DNA of 63,576 nucleotides, filler included, from Reclinomonas americana ATCC 50394 (lineage: Eukaryota): the NCBI GenBank assembly GCA_048213135.1. It is 11 parts of 4 records of this genome, joined end to end, with 100 filler letters (N's around TTAATTAATTAA, not from the genome) between each part and the next. Parts side by side here need not be neighbours in the genome. Positions count along the whole stretch, not along the records: positions 35,094 to 52,484 come from PS015346.1; positions 52,585 to 58,423 come from PS015346.1; 9 more parts are not named here. One strand, given 5' to 3'. Shown piece by piece: positions 39,801 through 53,682 of this stretch; within the stretch, counting starts at the first letter, position 1, and each line of letters opens with the position of its first letter. The translations under genes and the position numbers were made by a program. The notes under the pieces are model-generated. The model worked only from the letters and a program-made list of their open reading frames with translations, did not search any database and was not told the origin of the DNA.

Positions 39801-42800
39801 TCGGTGGCCAGCCTTCTTCGCTGCTCATCCTCCATTCTTCTCCGGTCTTCGTCATCCTGCGCATTCGGTGGTGTCAGAGAGGAACCAAAAAGTGATCACA
39901 AGACACACACACACCACCAACTCACCTTGCGCACACGCTCGCGTTCCATGGCCTCGGCCTCCTCACGCTGCGCACGCAGTCGCTCTGCAATCTCGCGCTC
40001 CTGCGCCTCCTTGGCCGCCTGGGCGCGTAACCTCTCCCGCTCTGCCTCGGCGGAGCGCTGTCGTTCCGCCTCCATCTCGGCCGCTCTCCGCGCCTCCGAG
40101 TCGTCCTCTCGCGACGCACGTCGGCCTTGTGATTGTGGTGGTGGTGGCGGGGGTGGCGCTTGCTGCTGCTGCTGCTGTTGCTGTTGCTGTTGTTGCATGC
40201 GAGCGGCAAAGTCGTCGAACGGATTTCGCTCGCCGAATTTGCGCCTAAACATGTGGTCGTCGTCGTCGGGCTCCTCCACCACGGGGCCGCCGGAGCCGCC
40301 GGGTGGGATGCGGATTTCGCTCTCGTCGGCCGGTTCCTCCACCTCGAAGGAGAGGCGGGGTGGCATGTAGCCGTTGGAGGAGCCCTGGGGGGAGGGGGAG
40401 GGGAAGGAGGGTGAGCAGAGGGAGGACAGGGAAAGAAGTCACCGACTCTCAGAGAGAAACGCTGGGTTCTCACTAAACAATCTGCCGCTCGCTTACACAG
40501 TCAACACACATGTTCACAATGCAAGATAGACAACACCAAGATGCAAGCAAACTGTTGCATCTAACCCACACAACTACACTCAATCACTCGCCACACATTT
40601 ACGCACACGGACTCTCCTGCTCACTCACTAAGTAATTCACTCAAGCGCACCATTTGCGCACATACTCCCTACCTTTCTGTGTCTCTTTGCTCACTCGCTC
40701 ACTGTACGTTCCAAGACAAGATCAGACGTGGATCTACCTGAGCAATACGACACTGGGGCACTCACTCTCTCTCTCTCTCTCAAACCCAATAGCCTCACTG
40801 AACGCACACACTCCACAACCAGCCTCCTACACATGCAATCAAGGAGGACAGTGTACTAAGCACCTTCCGTCTCTCGCATTACCTTTTCCTCTGTACCCTC
40901 ACTTGTCTCTCTCATTCACGCCTACACGCTGCGGCATTCGCTCACCTAACGCCTCCACAAAAATGCAAACCACTTTGTCGTCTCCCTTCCCTCTCTACCC
41001 CCTTATTCGTCTTATTCTCTCTCTGGCGCTCAATGCACACACACACACTCTCTCTCTCTCCTTCCCCCCTCTCTCTCCTCCCCACTCTCTTCCCTCTCTT
41101 CCTTCCCCACCACAACGCACCCTCTTCTCCAGCGGCTCCAGCGCCCTCTCCAACTCGGCCATGCGCGAAACACCCGACCCACGCGGCTTGCCGGGAATGT
41201 CGGACTCGATGACCATCGACGAGGAGGCCATGTGTCGGTGCGCGGCGACAACACTCTTCAAAATCTCCCGCAGGTAATGGTTGCAGTCGAGTCGCCACGT
41301 TGCTGATGAAACGCACAGTGAGGGCGAGCATCACAAAGAAGGAAGGAGTGAACAAGAGTACGCACGCTTTCCACGATCGCAGTGAATGAGATAGTCGACC
41401 AGGAACAACTCGTAAAATTTCTCCACCAGCACCTCGCCATGCCGCTTCATGGTGAGGATTTCGCACAGCGACTCCAGCGGCGTGACCAGCACGTCGTCCT
41501 CCTTGTTGCCCTCGACCATTTGCGAGGTGACCAGCACGTCCACACAAATGTACAGAATGGCCCACAATTCGTGCGACTCCACGTCGAAGGAGGTCATGAG
41601 GCGCTCGATCATGGCCACGTAGGGGCGTACTTCGGGTCGGCGGGACCACAGGTCGAGGAGGTTCTCGCTCTGTGGGAGGGGGGAGAAGGGAAAGGGGGAA
41701 GTGAGAAGGGAGGGAAGGGGAAGGGGAAGGAAAAGGGGGAGAGAAGGGGAAGAGGGATAGGGAGAAAGAAGGGGGAAGAAGGGGAAGCAGGGAGACGAAA
41801 GGGAAAGAAGGAAGCAATGCAAGTAGGGACTAAGAGAGGTAAAGTGAAGATAAGAAACGAGGGGAGGAGAAGGACGGAGAAGGAAGGAGAAGGACGGAGA
41901 AGGAAGGAGAAGGAAGGAAAATGAATGAGAACGAAGCAGAAGGAAGGAGAAGGGAGGAGAAGTAAAGAGAAAGAAGGAGAAGGAAGGAGAAGGAAGGAGA
42001 AGCAAGGAGAAAGAAGGAGAAGAGAGGTGAGGAGAAGGAAGGAGAAGGAAGGAGTAAGAAGGAGAAGGAAGACGAATCGAGGTGAGGAGAAGGAAGGAAA
42101 CGAGAGTACAAGAGAGGCAGAGTGATGAAGGGAGAAAGAGCACACGAGAAAGAGGTCACAGACACTGCTGTGCTCAAGCCAACGCAACATCCTCCAACAC
42201 TGGCAGGCTGAACTTGAAGTACCGAACGAGGCACAGATACTCGGCGGCGTTGAGGGCCGACTCGCAATCGAGTGGTGCGGGGTACAGGAAGTGGGGAATG
42301 CCCTCGGCTGCACGAAGCAAGTGTGAGTCACTGGCAGCAGCACCCATGCAACTCGGGGAGACGCAACGACCCTCCTCGAAGGCCATGACCAGATCAGAGA
42401 ATGTGCGGAATCGATCCTTGAGCTCCTCCTTGACGCCAGTGGCGTGTTCTGTGAAGAATGACGAGTGAGCACGAGAGAGGAAGTGTGTTACATTCTGAAG
42501 TCTGCAGGATCTGGTTCCCGATCAATATCTCTCACGATAACGAGCATCGATGGTCAAGCGAGAGAATTCTGAACGCATAGATCTTCTTCTCATTCCGCGA
42601 CTCTTCAAGCAGCTCACAAGAGCGAGGCGCACGAGTCGGGTTCTTGAGAGAGCAACAGGGACAGTGAAAGATTTTCTCTCTCATTCTGAAAGATCTTCTC
42701 TCTCATTCTGAAAGATCTTCTCTCTCATTCTGAAAGATCTTCTCTCTCATTCTAGACTCGTCAAGCAACAAGGAGAGGTAAAGAACATACATCTGCACCT

Positions 42801-43914
42801 CATCAAGCAGCTCGAAGGTTCACACGCACACAAAGAGAGCGGGTTGCACGAATCGGACTCTCGAGAGAGGAATAGTGAGTGCCTCTCTCTCAATGGATCT
42901 CACTCTGCAACTCGTCAAGCAGCGCACACGAGTCGGGGGGTTGAGAGAGAGAGAGAGACAGTGACAGAGAACAGATCATCCGTCTCTGCATCCTGCTCAA
43001 GCAGAGAGAGAGAATAGACGTGCACGAATCGGACCCTTGAGAGAGGACTAGTGAGTGCCTCTCTCTCTCAATGGATCTCACTCTGCAACTCGTCAAGCAG
43101 CGCACACGAGTCGGGATTTTGAGAGAGAGAGAGAGAGACAGTGACAGAGAACAGATCTTCCGTCTCGGCGAGATCGAGTTGCACGAGTCGGACTCTCGAG
43201 AGAGGAACAGTGATTGCCTCTCTCTCCCTCTCTCACACAATCTGCGAGTCGTCAAGCAGCTCAGAGCCTCACAGTATGCACAGACAAAGAGTGCCGAATG
43301 CATGAGGCGCGGTCCCTTGCAACGCAGATCTTCCCTCTCTCTCTCTGTGACTCTGAGACTCGTCAGCAGCTCACACTAGTGAACGACGAGAAACAGAGTA
43401 CAACACAGATCTTCCCTCCCCATTTTCCTCCCCTTCTATCCCCATTCCCATCTCCTTCTCTCTCTCCCACTCTGAAACTTGTCAGCAGCTCAAACAAGTC
43501 GGGATCTTGAGAGATGAGAAACAGAGTGCATCACGGATCTTCCCTCCCATTTCTCCTCCCCTTTTACCCCCATTCTCCTCCCCTTTTACCCCCCTTCTCC
43601 TGCTCCCTTCCCCTCACACACTCACCCGACGGCTTCTCTCCCGGCGCCGTCAACCCCGCATGCGCCCTCGCATACATGAACTGCCAATACGCCTGCACCG
43701 GCGTGTGCGGCACCGGCGCCGACGTTGCCCCGCCCACCGCCGCCGCCGGTCCCACCGCCCCCTGTCCCACCGATGCCGCTCCCGCCGCCGATGCAGACGC
43801 AGACAATGATGGACTCGTCATGACTCCTGCATGTTGTCGATTGTGTCGGTGTTGTTGGGGTGTGCTGGCGCGTGATGAAGGCGACAACGCGTCTTGTGAT
43901 GATTGGCATCCCAT
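36819..43914 (-). CDS. Multi-exon protein of unknown function: MGC N-terminus, helical domain, coiled coil, Q/P/Y-rich tail
   Basis: Plausibly spliced exons at about 43626-43914, 42188-42449, 41367-41669, 41119-41303, 39926-40385 and low-complexity exons down to the stop at 36819. Confidence 0.65.
42666..43220. repeat. Intronic repeats: four 22-bp tandem units (42666-42753) and a ~176-bp duplication (42845, 43021, partial 43180)
   Basis: GAAAGATCTTCTCTCTCATTCT x4. TGCACGAATCGGAC...CAATGGATCTCACTCTGCAACTCGTCAAGCAGCGCACACGAGTCGGG x2. Confidence 0.85.
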
Positions 43915-44304
43915 GCTGTTCCTCTCTCACACACACTCTCTCACTCTGAGCGAGAGAGAGAGGATGGGACCTTGTGTGTGTGCGTGTGTGTGCACGATGT
44001 CGGAACTTCAGACACTCGCGCAAAAACCGATCGTGTCTCTCTCTCTTTCTCGCTCGCTGCGTGACTGCGCTCTCTTGTGCGGAAAGTGATCACGCGTGAG
44101 AGTGAGCGAGAGAGTGTGTGCGCGTGAGACGAAAGTGCTGGTTGATGGTTTGTTGTTTCCACGGGCCAGTCCGTCGACCGAGCACAATCGATCGAAAAGT
44201 TCTTTGCATCGCGGGGGCGAGACAAGTACGCGCGACCGAGTGTTGTGCAAAGGGAGCGTGTGCAGAGGTGCGCGCGCACAGTGCGGAGCACGCGCAACTT
44301 GAGT

Positions 44305-44720
44305 CGTCGTGAAAGTGCATTTCTACAGCCCGTTCGACCAATCGAGATAGTGCCTGATCTGGGCATGTTTGAGCGTGTTTGGCGAGTGCACGTCGCAGAG
44401 AGCACAGAGCACACACGCTTCCTTATCACAGAATCCCTTTCTGCTCTCACTTTTCTGTCGTGAAAGTGAGATTCACAGCCCAGTCGACCAACTGATATAT
44501 TATGTGATCTGGACTTGTTTGAGCGCGTTCTTTGAGCGCACACTGAAGGCAGCACAGAGCACACACTCATCCTTGTCGTAGGATCTCTTCTCTCCCCTTG
44601 CCTCTCATCAAAGTGACTTTCACAGCCCGATCGACGAACTGAACTATTACGTGATCGGTGTATGTTTGAGCGCGTTCTTTGAGCGCACACTGAAGGCAGC
44701 ACAGAGCACACACTCGGCCT
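44305..44720. repeat. Three degenerate ~150-bp tandem units, with an inverted partial copy at about 45652-45682
   Basis: Recurrent AAAGTG...TTCACAGCCC...TCGAC and AGCACAGAGCACACAC at 44401, 44551, 44698. Confidence 0.8.
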
Positions 44721-45196
44721 TCTCGCGGAAGTCTCTTTCTTNNNNNNNNNNNNNNNNNNNNNNNNNNNNNNNNNNNNNNNNNNNNNNNNNNNNNNNNNNN
44801 NNNNNNNNNNNNNNNNNNNNNNNNNNNNNNNNNNNNNNNNNNNNNNNNNNNNNNNNNNNNNNNNNNNNNNNNNNNNNNNNNNNNNNNNNNNNNNNNNNNN
44901 NNNNNNNNNNNNNNNNNNNNNNNNNNNNNNNNNNNNNNNNNNNNNNNNNNNNNNNNNNNNNNNNNNNNNNNNNNNNNNNNNNNNNNNNNNNNNNNNNNNN
45001 NNNNNNNNNNNNNNNNNNNNNNNNNNNNNNNNNNNNNNNNNNNNNNNNNNNNNNNNNNNNNNNNNNNNNNNNNNNNNNNNNNNNNNNNNNNNNNNNNNNN
45101 NNNNNNNNNNNNNNNNNNNNNNNNNNNNNNNNNNNNNNNNNNNNNNNNNNNNNNNNNNNNNNNNNNNNNNNNNNNNNNNNNNNNNNNNNNNCGCAG

Positions 45197-45286
45197 AGAT
45201 GGTTCGTCCCCGTGATCGTGGTCTCCGCCACACACGCCGCCCTCGCTCTCGCCTTCAAACTCGAGTTCTTCCACTACAAATGGTGA
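45197..45286 (+). CDS. YIPF1: Last exon of the YIPF1/2-like gene, on an inverted contig
   Basis: CGCAG|RWFVPVIVVSATHAALALAFKLEFFHYKW* matches the final TM (H..LA..K..FF) of YIPF1/2. Phase 0 matches the donor at 47438. Confidence 0.75.
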   Translation, partial: RWFVPVIVVSATHAALALAFKLEFFHYKW

Positions 45287-47100
45287 CCGCAAACAACGAA
45301 GAACAGAGACGCATCGCTCAACCAGAAAGAAGAGTCAGTGAATTCGCAGTTGCATTCCCACCATCACTCCCCATCACAACAGCCACGATTGAACATATCC
45401 CACAGTCCCATAAGTCACCAACGCAGCAAGAGTCGCCACACCGCCCACTGAGTGCACGAACAAGTGAGTGAGTCAGCGTGACACGTGTGTGTGTCAGTCA
45501 CACACATGATCGTTTTCTCCCCACGCAACAGAAAATCGGCTTCTCCCACCCGTGCAAGAACACGCTCCCCGTCACAATCTCAAACTTGAGATACGCACGT
45601 TCCAACACGCTCTTGACACCCATCTCTCAAAGATAAAGTAAAAGAAAGATTGGTTCGTCGACCGGACTGTGAAAGTTACTTTGCTCACAAAGGAGAAGNN
45701 NNNNNNNNNNNNNNNNNNNNNNNNNNNNNNNNNNNNNNNNNNNNNNNNNNNNNNNNNNNNNNNNNNNNNNNNNNNNNNNNNNNNNNNNNNNNNNNNNNNN
45801 NNNNNNNNNNNNNNNNNNNNNNNNNNNNNNNNNNNNNNNNNNNNNNNNNNNNNNNNNNNNNNNNNNNNNNNNNNNNNNNNNNNNNNNNNNNNNNNNNNNN
45901 NNNNNNNNNNNNNNNNNNNNNNNNNNNNNNNNNNNNNNNNNNNNNNNNNNNNNNNNNNNNNNNNNNNNNNNNNNNNNNNNNNNNNNNNNNNNNNNNNNNN
46001 NNNNNNNNNNNNNNNNNNNNNNNNNNNNNNNNNNNNNNNNNNNNNNNNNNNNNNNNNNNNNNNNNNNNNNNNNNNNNNNNNNNNNNNNNNNNNNNNNNNN
46101 NNNNNNNNNNNNNNNNNNNNNNNNNNNNNNNNNNNNNNNNNNNNNNNNNNNNNNNNNNNNNNNNNNNNNNNNNNNNNNNNNNNNNNNNNNNNNNNNNNNN
46201 NNNNNNNNNNNNNNNNNNNNNNNNNNNNNNNNNNNNNNNNNNNNNNNNNNNNNNNNNNNNNNNNNNNNNNNNNNNNNNNNNNNNNNNNNNNNNNNNNNNN
46301 NNNNNNNNNNNNNNNNNNNNNNNNNNNNNNNNNNNNNNNNNNNNNNNNNNNNNNNNNNNNNNNNNNNNNNNNNNNNNNNNNNNNNNNNNNNNNNNNNNNN
46401 NNNNNNNNNNNNNNNNNNNNNNNNNNNNNNNNNNNNNNNNNNNNNNNNNNNNNNNNNNNNNNNNNNNNNNNNNNNNNNNNNNNNNNNNNNNNNNNNNNNN
46501 NNNNNNNNNNNNNNNNNNNNNNNNNNNNNNNNNNNNNNNNNNNNNNNNNNNNNNNNNNNNNNNNNNNNNNNNNNNNNNNNNNNNNNNNNNNNNNNNNNNN
46601 NNNNNNNNNNNNNNNNNNNNNNNNNNNNNNNNNNNNNNNNNNNNNNNNNNNNNNNNNNNNNNNNNNNNNNNNNNNNNNNNNNNNNNNNNNNNNNNNNAGA
46701 GAGGGGGGGAAGGTGATGAGCAGTTGGAATTGAGGATGAGGGAGAGGGTCAGGGAGAGGGAGAGATGGAAACGGAGAGGGAAAGAGAGAGTGAGGGAGGG
46801 AAAGGGGGAGAAAGGGAGAGCGATGAGCAGTTTGATCGTGAGAGCGAATGTGTGTGGAGGGAGAAAGAGACGCGAGAGGATGAATGCATCGGTGTGAAGA
46901 ACACACGCGAGAGCACCCACGCAGGAGAACGCGAGGAGTTGGGGGGAGAGAGACAGAGAGAAGAGGGCGAATGCAGCATAAGTGCGACAGTTGGAGGAGG
47001 GCAGATGCGACAGAAGCGGCTGTGCTTGTGGTGGCGAGAGAATCCACACGGATTCGCACGGTTTGTGAGACGGGAAGGGAGAGAGAGAGTGCGTGCGTGC

Positions 47101-47138
<38 letters not shown>

Positions 47139-47217
47139 TGGAAAGATAAAATGAGAGGGGCAAGAGGCGAATGCTTCAGTTGGAAGAATACGCGCGANNN
47201 NNNNNNNNNNNNNNNNN

Positions 47218-47255
<38 letters not shown>

Positions 47256-47438
47256 CGAGCTTTCGCAGCCCTGCTGTACGACGGGAGTGCTGATGGAGGC
47301 AGAAGCGCGATGAGCAGCACATCGTGCGCTCTCACAAGCAGAGAAAGTGGGGAGAAGAATGCGACAGAGGGAAAGAGATGCGAATCCAGATGGAGGATGA
47401 ACAGCAACCGTGCTTGTGCACTGTGTCCACAACGCAAC

Positions 47439-50212
47439 TGCTCCAATCTCCGAGTGCCACGTCTGTACAAACTGCACGTACACAAACCACAACGATCGCC
47501 CGGCCACCACAAAGATGAGCACCCAGCGGAACACCTCCAGCGGGATCAAGCAGAGGATCTGTGCACGGTGTGAGACAAGCAAAGGCATGCACGCCACACA
47601 CTCCACCAAACGAACCGCCACAGGAATGAACATTGCCAGCGAGTACGACACAATCCCGAGAATCACGAGAAGTGGCACACTCTCCGATCCGAGCAATTTA
47701 CCGGTGCCCCATAGTGCCAAGGGGACCACAGCTGTGCAGGAAGGAGAATAAGTGAAAACTCTCCAACGCCTTCAAAGTGAGCTGTCCCTTCATCTTGAGC
47801 GCTCGATCTCTATTCTCCCCACTCACGTCTTGCTACTGCACGCACTTGAGTAGCGTCGTTGCCCTTCCTACCTCGCATTCTTCCTCACTTCCATAATCTT
47901 CTCTTCATCGTTGTGAGCTTTCCCATTACGCAATCGTCGCTCTCAACATTCCACCCTCGCTCGCATCTGTTCTTCAACTTCATCGACCTCAGCGTGCACT
48001 ATCTTGTGTACACATTTTCTCTCCACACTCTCAGTCGCTCGTGCACTCTCTCACGCCATCCTCGTTAGCATCTGCCACTCGCTTCTTCAATTTCATCGTC
48101 CTCATCATGCGCTTGCTCGTCTACACATTTTCTCTCCACACTCTCAGTCGCTCTCAACGTGCACTCTCTCACGCCACCCTCGTTAGCATCCGCCGCTCGC
48201 TTCTTCAATTTCATCGTCTCTCATCGTGTGCTTGCTTCGGGTCTGCCGCTCGCTTCTACAACTTCATCGCCTCTCCACACTCATCGTATAATCTCTCATT
48301 CCGCCCTTGTTCCCATCTGCCACTCGCTTCTTCCAGTCCCTCGTTCCTCATTGTGCGCTTACTTGCGCACACGCCTTCTCTCCACCCTCTCAGTCGCTCT
48401 AAACATAGAAATCACTCACGCGCATCTGCCACTCGCTTCGTTTTATGCAGCGCACATTCATTTGACTCCACACTCATAGTCGTTCTCAACATGAAATCTC
48501 TCATTCCACCTTCGATCGCATCTGGCACTCGCTTCTTCATTTTCATCGTCTCTCATCGTGTGCTTACTTGCGGCTCTTCGCCTCTCCACTCTCTCAGTCG
48601 CTGTCAGCATGCATTCCGGGACTCCATCCTCGCTACCATCTGCCACTCGCTGTTGAAATAGTATTTCAAGTACGCTCACTCATGTCCACTCGATTCCCCA
48701 TCCCCTTCCCCTTCCCCTTCCCCTTCCCCTTCCCTCCCCACCTCCCTCACGCAACTGGCATACCCATAGATCAAGAAGCACGACCACGTAAACATGAACA
48801 TGTCGTACGACCACGGCTTGATCATGGCGCCACCACCCTCCGGCTCCATCGTGTACGCATTGATCCAGGAGACGTACGAGGCGAGATTGCCCATGATGCT
48901 CATGACGATAATGAGGGTGGTGGTGATCCACAGCGGACCGTACAGATCCGGATGCCGCGAGTACAGCTCAATAAACTCCGACTTGCGCGAGTACAGCGGC
49001 CACACGGTGCCCAGCAGGCGATTGCCAATGTCCTCGGTGTTGACCTTGAAGTATGGCGCGTAGTAGGCCAGCTGCCAAAAGTACGCATTGGCCGAGGTCG
49101 GCGACATGGCGCCCGGTGCATTGCCGGGCGCAGCGGCGGCGGCCTGCGACTGTTGCGACGACGACGACTGTTGCTGGCCGGCCGGTGGCTGGCCCGGCAG
49201 CAGCGCCGCGCGATCGCCACGACTCTCCACGTCCATGTCGAAGGAGGTTCGTGGTGGGGTCGACGGCTGCTGGAGGTGGAGTGCGCCGGGGCCCGACGAG
49301 GGCGCCGTGAGCATTGGGAGTTTGGAGAATTCGAGGTCGTCGGGGGAGCGAATGAGGTTGCCGCTGGCGGTGCGGGTGGCGACAGTGGCGGTGGGGGCCT
49401 GCAGGAGTGGGAAAGGGGAAGGGAGAAGGGTGGGAAAGGGGAAAGGAGAGAAAGAAAGGGATGAGAGAGACAAGAGGAGCAAGGGAAGAAACAGAGAGTA
49501 ACTTGAACAATCGGCTGAGTGACGTAGACAGGATGTGAACGGTGCTATCAGCAGCTGAAGACTTCTTCACAGGTAAAGATGGAAAGAGGCACTGAGAGAG
49601 ACACAGCGAGAAAGAACGATGGAGAGAAACTGCCTGACGTAGACAAGATGTGAGCGGTGCTGGCTGAGAGGGACAAGAGGCACTGTGAAAGAGAGAAGAG
49701 CAGAGAGAGACTGCCTGATCGGCAGATGGACGCCGAGACAAGAAGTGAACGGTGCTGCCTGTGGCTTCACAGATCCCGAAGGAGATGTAGCGACTATCGC
49801 TTCTCTCTCTCTCTCTCGTCTCGACAAGCATTCCTCATCTCTCCAACTCTCGATTGACCGATCATGCTTCCTCTGAGCGTGCACCCACTGCGTCTCAATC
49901 CTCTGTGCTCTGTCGCTTTCTTCAGCCTCTCAGCCTCCTCTCTCTCAATCACTCTTTCTCTCTCTCACAATCAATCACTCACTGTTGATCAATCGCAGCT
50001 CACACAACTCTCCCTTCCTTCTCCCTTCTCCTCCTCCTCCTCCCCCTTCACTCTCTCACTCTCACTCACTCTTCCTCCCACACACTCACCTGTGCCACGT
50101 GTGACACTGGCGCCGGCGACACCACGTGTTGTTGCTGAGACACAGGCGCACTCAGTCGCACAGTGGGCGCCTGTGAGGGCGTCAAGCTGAACAACTCGTC
50201 TTCATCGTGCAT
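47439..50212 (-). CDS. YIPF1: Yip1-domain Golgi membrane protein (YIPF1/2-like), exons 50212-50090, 49398-48756, 47731-47616, 47558-47439
   Basis: FWQLAYYAPYFKVNT, PDLYGPLWITTTLI, GNLASY, IYGY, YSLAMFIP..ILCLIP...RW. Confidence 0.9.
48010..48650. repeat. Degenerate ~115-bp tandem repeats in a YIPF intron
   Basis: CTCTCCACACTCTCAGTCGCT and CATCTGCCACTCGCTTCTTCA recur several times. Confidence 0.75.
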
Positions 50213-50544
50213 TCTCTCTCACTCAAAGATCACGAAAACGAATTTGAGCGCGCGAAGTTCTTGAGTCGCAAACGTCGACGTTTTGTGTGGATAGTGAAAG
50301 AAAAGGCGAGGGTGCGACTGGTGGGTTGTTTGTGTAGGCGAGTGTGTGTACAGCTTCTGTGGTGGAAAGGCGAGGCATGTGCGACAAGCTGTTGTCCTTC
50401 GACGTTGTGACTGAGAGAGACGGAGAGAGGAGAGAGAGAGAGAGAGAGAAAGAGTGTGTGAGAGAGAGAGTATGCAGTGAAGGAGGGCTTGCTGATGCCT
50501 TGACAAGAGTACATTCACAGACAGACAGAAAGACAGACAGGCAG

Positions 50545-50608
<64 letters not shown>

Positions 50609-51274
50609 ACGAGAGAGAGAGAGAGAGAAGAGAGAGAGNNNNNNNNNNNNNNNNNNNNNNNNNNNNNNNNNNNNNNNNNNNNNNNNNNNNNNNNNNNNNN
50701 NNNNNNNNNNNNNNNNNNNNNNNNNNNNNNNNNNNNNNNNNNNNNNNNNNNNNNNNNNNNNNNNNNNNNNNNNNNNNNNNNNNNNNNNNNNNNNNNNNNN
50801 NNNNNNNNNNNNNNNNNNNNNNNNNNNNNNNNNNNNNNNNNNNNNNNNNNNNNNNNNNNNNNNNNNNNNNNNNNNNNNNNNNNNNNNNNGAGAGGGAAGA
50901 GAGAGGAGAGAGAAAAGAGGGAAAGGGAAAGGGTGAGGGAGAGGGAGAGGGAGAGGGAGAGGGAGAGGGAGAGGGAGAGGGAGAGGGAGAGGGAGGGAGA
51001 GAGGGAGAGGGAGAGGAAGAATGGGAGGGAGAGGGAGAGGGAAGAGGAAGAGGAAGAGCGAAGAGGAAGAAAGGGATGGCAAGGGAAGGGAAAGGGAGAG
51101 GGAGGGAGAGAGAGAGAGGATGGTGGGAGAAAAAAGGGAAGAGGGAAGTGGGAAGAGAGGAGAGAGAAAGAAAGGGGGCGGACATGAGAGAAAGCGAGGG
51201 AAAGACACACAGGCATGAAGAGAAAGAAAGAATGCAAGAGAGAGAGACAGACTGATTGTGGAGAAAAGACGCAC

Positions 51275-53179
<1,905 letters not shown>

Positions 53180-53682
53180 TGCGGTGAGTGAACGAAATTG
53201 TGCGGTGTGCGCGGGACAGCGTTCTTCCGCGCTGCGTTTGCTGCTCAAGCCAGTACCTCCTCTATAATACAGACTCCTCTTCAACAGTCAGTTGTACGAT
53301 GCATATGGGCGTACTTCAGTGCACGACGTCGTGGAGCTTTTCGCGACGTCGGTATCGATAGACGTCGACGTCAAGCGCAAATACTTATTGCAAAGCAAGG
53401 AACGCACCACTGGCAGTTGCAAACTTTCCCGCTACTCTGCCATTACACCGGATCAGAACTCTGTTGCTGTCTCTGCAGGAAGGGCACAACAGAGGACACC
53501 GCATACATGCATGCGCCGTGAATTCGAAGTCCTGGACCACACAAGCCAGCACGTGATAGCTTGGCTTTGCCTCCTGAAAGGGAAGGCGACTGTTTGGAGA
53601 AGAAAATGGTAGTGTGTGCCTTGGTCATTGTCGGCAAGGGATTTGTGGACATTTTATGTTCTTTCTTTCGGAAAAACAAAAA

